A DNA stretch of 64,000 bases, taken from positions 2,033 to 66,032 of the forward strand of contig JANYBV010000057.1 in assembly GCA_025360605.1 (NCBI GenBank), given 5' to 3'. The notes under the pieces were generated by a model. The model was given only the letters and a program-made list of their open reading frames with translations. It did not search any database and had not been told where the DNA came from. The translations under genes were made by a program, and so were the position numbers. Numbering within the stretch: the stretch's first letter is position 1; the number at the start of each line of letters is the position of its first letter. This DNA is from Alphaproteobacteria bacterium. Its GTDB lineage: Bacteria; Pseudomonadota; Alphaproteobacteria; Rickettsiales; SXRF01. Below are positions 59,176 to 64,000 of the stretch, piece after piece.

Positions 59176-59849
59176 GCTGCCCCGTCATTCAGGCCGTAGC
59201 CGATGCCGCGCACTGTTTTGATCAGCTTATATTCATGCCCTTCATCGATCTTGGCACGCAGCTGGCGAATATAAACATCGACAATATTGGTCAGACCCTC
59301 GAAGCTGGCGTCCCAGACATGCTCGATAATCATGGCGCGCGATAATACACGGTCGCTATGCAGCGCCAGATATTCCAGCAGCCCATATTCTTTGGCGCTT
59401 AGGTCGATACGCTTTCCAGCACGCTTGACCTGCCGCAGCATCCGGTCGATTTCCAGATCACCGACGCGCAGCGTATTGCTGTGCTGAACCGGCGCACGCC
59501 GAAGCAGCGCTCGGATACGCACCGTCAGTTCGGCGCAGGAGAATGGCTTGGTCAGGTAATCGTCGGCGCCAGCGTCGATATGTGTGACCTTGTCCCCCAC
59601 TGCATCACGCGCTGTTAGCATGATGATGGGAACCTGATTATTTTTCTCGCGGATGGCGCGAAGCGCCTCGGTGCCGCTACGCTTGGGCAGCATGATGTCG
59701 AGGATGATGGCATCGTAAGCATGAGAAAACGCCATTTCCGTTCCGAGCATACCGTCGGGCGCACTATCGACCGCATAGCCTTCGGCCTTTAAGCCTTGGA
59801 CGATAATATTGGCCAGTTTCTCTTCATCTTCGATTACTAATATACGCAT
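59172..59849 (-). CDS. OmpR-family response regulator (CusR/CzcR-like)
   Basis: ILVIEDE, LDIMLP, GADDYLTKPF, N.VDVYIR.LR.K.D, TVRG.GY. Confidence 0.95.
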   Translation of the reverse strand: MRILVIEDEEKLANIIVQGLKAEGYAVDSAPDGMLGTEMAFSHAYDAIILDIMLPKRSGTEALRAIREKNNQVPIIMLTARDAVGDKVTHIDAGADDYLTKPFSCAELTVRIRALLRRAPVQHSNTLRVGDLEIDRMLRQVKRAGKRIDLSAKEYGLLEYLALHSDRVLSRAMIIEHVWDASFEGLTNIVDVYIRQLRAKIDEGHEYKLIKTVRGIGYGLNDGAA

Positions 59850-59894
59850 CACTTACCCCATAATGGCCTTAACTATACAGGACAAATTGGCGAT

Positions 59895-59939
59895 CATCAT
59901 CAAAACCCAGTGAAATATACATTAAAATTCACTCATAAT
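59895..59939 (-). promoter_or_regulatory. Upstream element duplicated at 61445-61489
   Basis: 36/45 identity between copies; contains TTAAT-N6-TTCA(C/T) on the minus strand. Confidence 0.6.
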
Positions 59940-59956
59940 AGGGTTTTTTTCTTTAG

Positions 59957-61384
59957 TTACAGAAGAATACCCTCTGATCGCAAGATCTCCTTTAGCGGTT
60001 CGATATATGATTCGTAATGCCGCCACCGCTCCAGTGAGCGCGTATAAACGGGTTGCCTCACCTGCCAGACGCTGGCGGTACGGACGGGGTGGGGATTCTT
60101 ATGCGGCGACAGGCAACGTTCGTCCCATTCAAGCCCAAGGAAATCAAGCATAGTGCGGGCTGTTTTTTCCGTGTCCGTTACCGCGTCCTCATAATGAATT
60201 TCCAGTATCCTGTCGGGAAGCACACTACGCCAATGCGCCATTAGTTTGTGATACTGGACATAGAAATGACTGATATGACGCAGGTCGAATGAATAGCCGT
60301 AACTATGGTCGAAATACTGGAAATAGTTGGACAGGCAGGTATCGAGAGGATGACGCATGCAATGTATAATTCGCGCATTAGGAAATAGCATGGCAATGAG
60401 TCCCAGATTCCAGAAATTGGTCGGTTGCTTATCAATGACGTAACGTTTGGACTTACTGCTTCTTGCATTCAGTTCCGCCTCGTAATTACAGGTTAGTTCG
60501 CGTATCACGGCAGGCGGCTGTGTAAGGACGGATTGCGGATAAGGGGAAGTTTTCACTAGCGTACTTACTATTTCCGGAAAGGTAGGCAATTCGCTCGCCG
60601 CTCCGATATCACGGTGACTGGACAGGATATTGGCTAGCAGCGTTGTGCCGGAACGCGGCATGCCGACGATAAACAGCGGTCGGGCGCTGTTGGAAGCAAA
60701 AGAAAAACGCTGCGTCAGGAATTCTTTAGTGAAGTTCTGGCTATAGTGGATGTAATTTTGCTCTTCCGTAACGGGTTCATAGGAAGCGGTTGCGCTGCAA
60801 AAACGGTTGGCCTGCTCATAATAGGCGAACGCCTTGTCATAGGCTCCGCAATCATCGGAGATTTTTGCCAGCGCGAAATAGAGATACTGTTTTTCCGACT
60901 GCGTATCCTGACTCTCCAGAAGCGCACGGGCATGGGCAGCATCGTCATTATTCTCTGAAGTATAGTTGCGTATGCGCGTCAGGCTATACAACGCCTTGGA
61001 GTAGGTAGGCGCAAGCGACAACACTTTCATGAACGCCTTTTCAGCTTCGGCGATCTGCCCCTTGCTCAAAAACGCATTGCCAAGATTATTCCACGCATGC
61101 ACGTATTCCGGCTGATATTTAATAACGCGGCGATACAACGCGATGGCATCATCGATATCGTAGTTTTGATACAGTATATATCCCAGATTATTCATGCTAT
61201 GCACATGGTTCGGCTGCTTCGCAATAATGAGCCGGTAGAGTGTCATCGCTGTTTCGTTGTTACCGGCTAATTGCGCTTCGACCGCAATACGGCACGCATC
61301 CTCGATAGTGTAGGCGATACCGTTCCAAACAACCTGTGCTTCCTTGTGCTTGCTGGCTAAACGCCGTTGGTTGCGGTTGCTCAT
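59957..61384 (-). CDS. TPR-containing sulfotransferase
   Basis: TPRs (NNLG..A...Y), PAPS-binding IVGMPRSGTTL, DK.P.N, RHPLD.CLS, TAS..QVRQP. Confidence 0.9.
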   Translation of the reverse strand: MSNRNQRRLASKHKEAQVVWNGIAYTIEDACRIAVEAQLAGNNETAMTLYRLIIAKQPNHVHSMNNLGYILYQNYDIDDAIALYRRVIKYQPEYVHAWNNLGNAFLSKGQIAEAEKAFMKVLSLAPTYSKALYSLTRIRNYTSENNDDAAHARALLESQDTQSEKQYLYFALAKISDDCGAYDKAFAYYEQANRFCSATASYEPVTEEQNYIHYSQNFTKEFLTQRFSFASNSARPLFIVGMPRSGTTLLANILSSHRDIGAASELPTFPEIVSTLVKTSPYPQSVLTQPPAVIRELTCNYEAELNARSSKSKRYVIDKQPTNFWNLGLIAMLFPNARIIHCMRHPLDTCLSNYFQYFDHSYGYSFDLRHISHFYVQYHKLMAHWRSVLPDRILEIHYEDAVTDTEKTARTMLDFLGLEWDERCLSPHKNPHPVRTASVWQVRQPVYTRSLERWRHYESYIEPLKEILRSEGILL

Positions 61385-61444
61385 CTGTACTGCCTATTCA
61401 AAGCCATCATTTACTATGGCTCATTATACGCAGCCGCTGGCAGG

Positions 61445-61489
61445 CATCATAAATGCCTGATGAAATTCACATTAAAATTCGCTCATAAT
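61445..61489 (-). promoter_or_regulatory. Second copy of the upstream element, before the sulfotransferase
   Basis: 36/45 identity to 59895-59939. Confidence 0.6.
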
Positions 61490-61566
61490 GGCACGTCCTC
61501 ACGGTATTTTTATGAGACAACCGTTTTTATGTCCGTATTGGATATGAAAATAGGGACTTGGCAGGA

Positions 61567-62280
61567 TTATTTTAAATATCCGATGGAATCACGACCTTCA
61601 TTGAATAAATGATAGCCTGCTGCACTTAGAATGCTCATCGCCAATTTTTTGTCCTGTTCATTGAGATGCTGGTTCTCATATTTAATAAGCGAGGGTTTGA
61701 ATTTTGAGAAGTCGATCATTTTTATAATCTCTAAATCAAAGCCTTCCGTGTCAATTTGCAGATAATCCGCATCCAGCATATTATAATTTTTTAGTACGCC
61801 CATAAGAGGAGCGCAGGCCACTTCTTCTTCAATAATCATTTCATTTTTTACTACACCGGTTTTCAGGAGATGATCCCTTATAAAAGACGCTATACCCGCA
61901 GTCCAGTCGGGCAGTTCTCCAAGTCTGGCAGGATCAACTCTGTAAATAATGGCTTTATCGGCGGTAGGGTGAATGGCAAGATTTACGGGTATTACTTCCG
62001 GATAATCCTGATAATTTATTCGCAAGCGCGCAAACAAGTCGGGTAAAGGCTCTATGGCTATGCCCGCACATCGATGTTCAGTGACTCTAAAATAGAGGCT
62101 ATCAAACCTAATGCCGTCATTAGCGCCAACCTGTACAAATTTTATTTTTTTATTTTTTAGTAATTGCTCAAATAAGTGCTGAAATTTCGAGAATTTCTGT
62201 AAATTAAGACCGATCGGGCGCAGAAAAATATTAGAAAGCTTTATGGTTGTTTTCTTAAAACCCATTTCAATACTTACCAC
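61567..62280 (-). CDS. FkbM-family methyltransferase
   Basis: FVQVGANDG, IEP, N.AI, LQIDTEGFD. Confidence 0.88.
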   Translation of the reverse strand: MVSIEMGFKKTTIKLSNIFLRPIGLNLQKFSKFQHLFEQLLKNKKIKFVQVGANDGIRFDSLYFRVTEHRCAGIAIEPLPDLFARLRINYQDYPEVIPVNLAIHPTADKAIIYRVDPARLGELPDWTAGIASFIRDHLLKTGVVKNEMIIEEEVACAPLMGVLKNYNMLDADYLQIDTEGFDLEIIKMIDFSKFKPSLIKYENQHLNEQDKKLAMSILSAAGYHLFNEGRDSIGYLK

Positions 62281-62370
62281 ATTATGAGTTGTTATTTGCG
62301 GGAAGAACTCTAAACCCGCAATTTACAACCAGCAACCATAAACTAACGCTATATTCTTTGATACGCGCGC

Positions 62371-63732
62371 TTAAACTGTTTTCATACGCGTAAGGATGTC
62401 TTCCATCGTTACCATGCGTGGCAGGGATTTATGACGCAGGAACATCAAATCTTGTTTGTTGAATGCGGCAAAAAAAGCTTTGAATTCTGTTTTCAATTCT
62501 TCCAGCGTCGGTTTTTTTTCCGTTGCCGAATACGACATCCTGACCTCTTTAAAAATAGCATCAAGACTTTTATCGCCATCCATGGCTTTGCATATACGAG
62601 ACAGATTTGGTGTATTGACGAATTTCACCTCATGAACATAAATTTTACAGCTAAAAACGTCTCCTATCTTGGCATTGGCCGCAATCTGGTAAAGGTCGTG
62701 ATACATCTGTTTATTCACGATCATATATAAAAACGGCACATTATCGGTGTCATCTGGGCTGGGTGTGACAGGTGTGTGCTTTGAGGCGTAGAAATTATGT
62801 TTGATAATTCTTCCGTTCATGAGTTCAGCTGCCGCCTGACTTTCCTCCACGCTCAGTCGCTTGCTTGCATCGGAAAGATTGCTGCCCTCTAAATAGGCTT
62901 CTATTTTGTAAAGGTCGTTACCCATGGGCTGGGTCTCAAAAAAGAAATGGGTAGGTTGCAGGCCAGATCCCGCCAGAAACCGGTAGATGTCCGGAACCGA
63001 ATAGGCGACATCATGCGAGTGCAGGAATAAATCGTAAATTCCAATGTCGCCAAAATTAGCAACATCACTGAAGATATCTTGCGCACGTATAAATGCGTTG
63101 CTTTGCGGCGCATGCGACAGGACGGTTTTGCAATTGTCGACTTTGCGCTGCATGTCGGCTTCATTTTTATTTATAATCCGCATAAGGCGTTGTATCTGGT
63201 AGATAGATTCCCTGCCATAGCTGGCATAGAGCATGATATTCATAACGCCGTCATCTTTTAATACCGTCGTCAAGGCCGCCAGTCCGGCGGCCGGATTTTC
63301 CAGATGATGCAGTACGCCTACAGATTCAATGAGATCGAACGGGTCATTAAAAAGTTTTTCAGCGTCGAGAATAGAGCCGTGGATCCATGTAATATTATCG
63401 AGTCCCCGCACGGTTGCTCTGGCTTTGGCTATCTGCATAGAGTTGAGGCTGAGATCAAGATGGACAATCTCGGCATCCAGCCCTCTGAATTGTTCCGCAA
63501 GCGCTATGGTGGTGTCACCGGTACCTCCGCCAGCTACCAGCGCGCGGAACCCTTTGGTGAAGTTGCGTTGACCGGCATAGTGATAATAATTGAGCGCATC
63601 CAGCGAACAGGAGCGCACGCAGAAAAAGTTTTGTCTTTCTCTTTCGGGATCGCGCGGCGGATACGGATAATTTTCGTATTGTTCGCGGACTTCTTTGAGA
63701 TAATTTGAGTCGGTAGCAAGCTTTTGCAGCAT
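62371..63732 (-). CDS. Class I SAM-dependent methyltransferase
   Basis: VREQYENYPYP, LVAGGGTG, DLS..S, FDLI..VGVLHHL..P..GL. Confidence 0.88.
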   Translation of the reverse strand: MLQKLATDSNYLKEVREQYENYPYPPRDPERERQNFFCVRSCSLDALNYYHYAGQRNFTKGFRALVAGGGTGDTTIALAEQFRGLDAEIVHLDLSLNSMQIAKARATVRGLDNITWIHGSILDAEKLFNDPFDLIESVGVLHHLENPAAGLAALTTVLKDDGVMNIMLYASYGRESIYQIQRLMRIINKNEADMQRKVDNCKTVLSHAPQSNAFIRAQDIFSDVANFGDIGIYDLFLHSHDVAYSVPDIYRFLAGSGLQPTHFFFETQPMGNDLYKIEAYLEGSNLSDASKRLSVEESQAAAELMNGRIIKHNFYASKHTPVTPSPDDTDNVPFLYMIVNKQMYHDLYQIAANAKIGDVFSCKIYVHEVKFVNTPNLSRICKAMDGDKSLDAIFKEVRMSYSATEKKPTLEELKTEFKAFFAAFNKQDLMFLRHKSLPRMVTMEDILTRMKTV

Positions 63733-63848
63733 GTGAATACTTTTTCTATGAGAAATCTTATATTAAGGAATATCACCGATTCCAGAAATCAAAATAGAAA
63801 AAATCAATAGGGGATCGTCAGACGTTTTTTGAGCGTAATGAAAGGGCG

Positions 63849-63998
63849 CTATTTCCCGCGGGGTTTTCTCGGCATCCTTGGGCCGTTCAGGCCGGAGGAG
63901 GGGTCACCTTCCACACCGGACGCTTGCAGGGCAGGGTTGGGCGGCGCATCACCTTGCATGCCTGCTACAGGTACCCTTCTTGGAATGATAGGCTCAAT
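63849..63998 (-). CDS. Possible 3' end of a gene entering from beyond the window
   Basis: Open frame IEPIIPRR...MPRKPRGK-stop(63849); Pro-rich and basic; short, so weak evidence. Confidence 0.35.
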   Translation of the reverse strand: MEPIIPRRVPVAGMQGDAPPNPALQASGVEGDPSSGLNGPRMPRKPRGK

Positions 63999-64000
63999 CG

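Noticed and set aside
63852-64000. GC-rich, partly self-complementary stretch suggesting 6S or another ncRNA
   Set aside because: Truncated, no convincing consensus, and a minus-strand open frame explains it equally well; an Rfam scan with flanking sequence would decide
1-64000. CRISPR array, rRNA or IS transposase
   Set aside because: No regularly spaced repeat-spacer run, rRNA signature or transposase motif seen

Overview
Chromosomal window from an alphaproteobacterium, probably a free-living or early-branching Rickettsiales-like lineage (DUF2671-like gene, Usg, single-Cys DksA, fliX-dksA synteny, CtrA box, intact proBA). Left to right: obgE (partial); an antisense PP2C-like gene with rearranged catalytic motifs; proB-proA; sad; tRNA-Ser(TGA) surrounded by fragments of itself and a ~1 kb island relic; housekeeping and transport genes (RRM protein, KefC-like antiporter, esterase, greB, mdtABC plus outer membrane factor); dksA; a ~19 kb flagellar cluster (fliX, flgI, flgJ-like, flgN-like, flgK, flgL, fliW, fliB, an 863-aa flagellin, flaG-like, fliD, fliS, fliK, flgD, flgE) with three sigma54 promoters and a CtrA box; tRNA-Lys(CTT) carrying an ~8.7 kb phage-satellite-like island (integrase, AlpA, primase/helicase, iteron region, TerS, frameshifted PLD nuclease); a second RND efflux system with a two-component pair; a TPR-sulfotransferase and two methyltransferases. 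The best candidate for an undescribed system is three hairpins with an identical AUGUA pentaloop in the flagellin leader, the third overlapping the ribosome-binding site, plus a fourth on the flgI start codon, close to fliW. This suggests a FliW/CsrA-type translational switch reading a non-canonical GUA loop instead of GGA. All family calls come from motif recognition by eye; no database searches were run.
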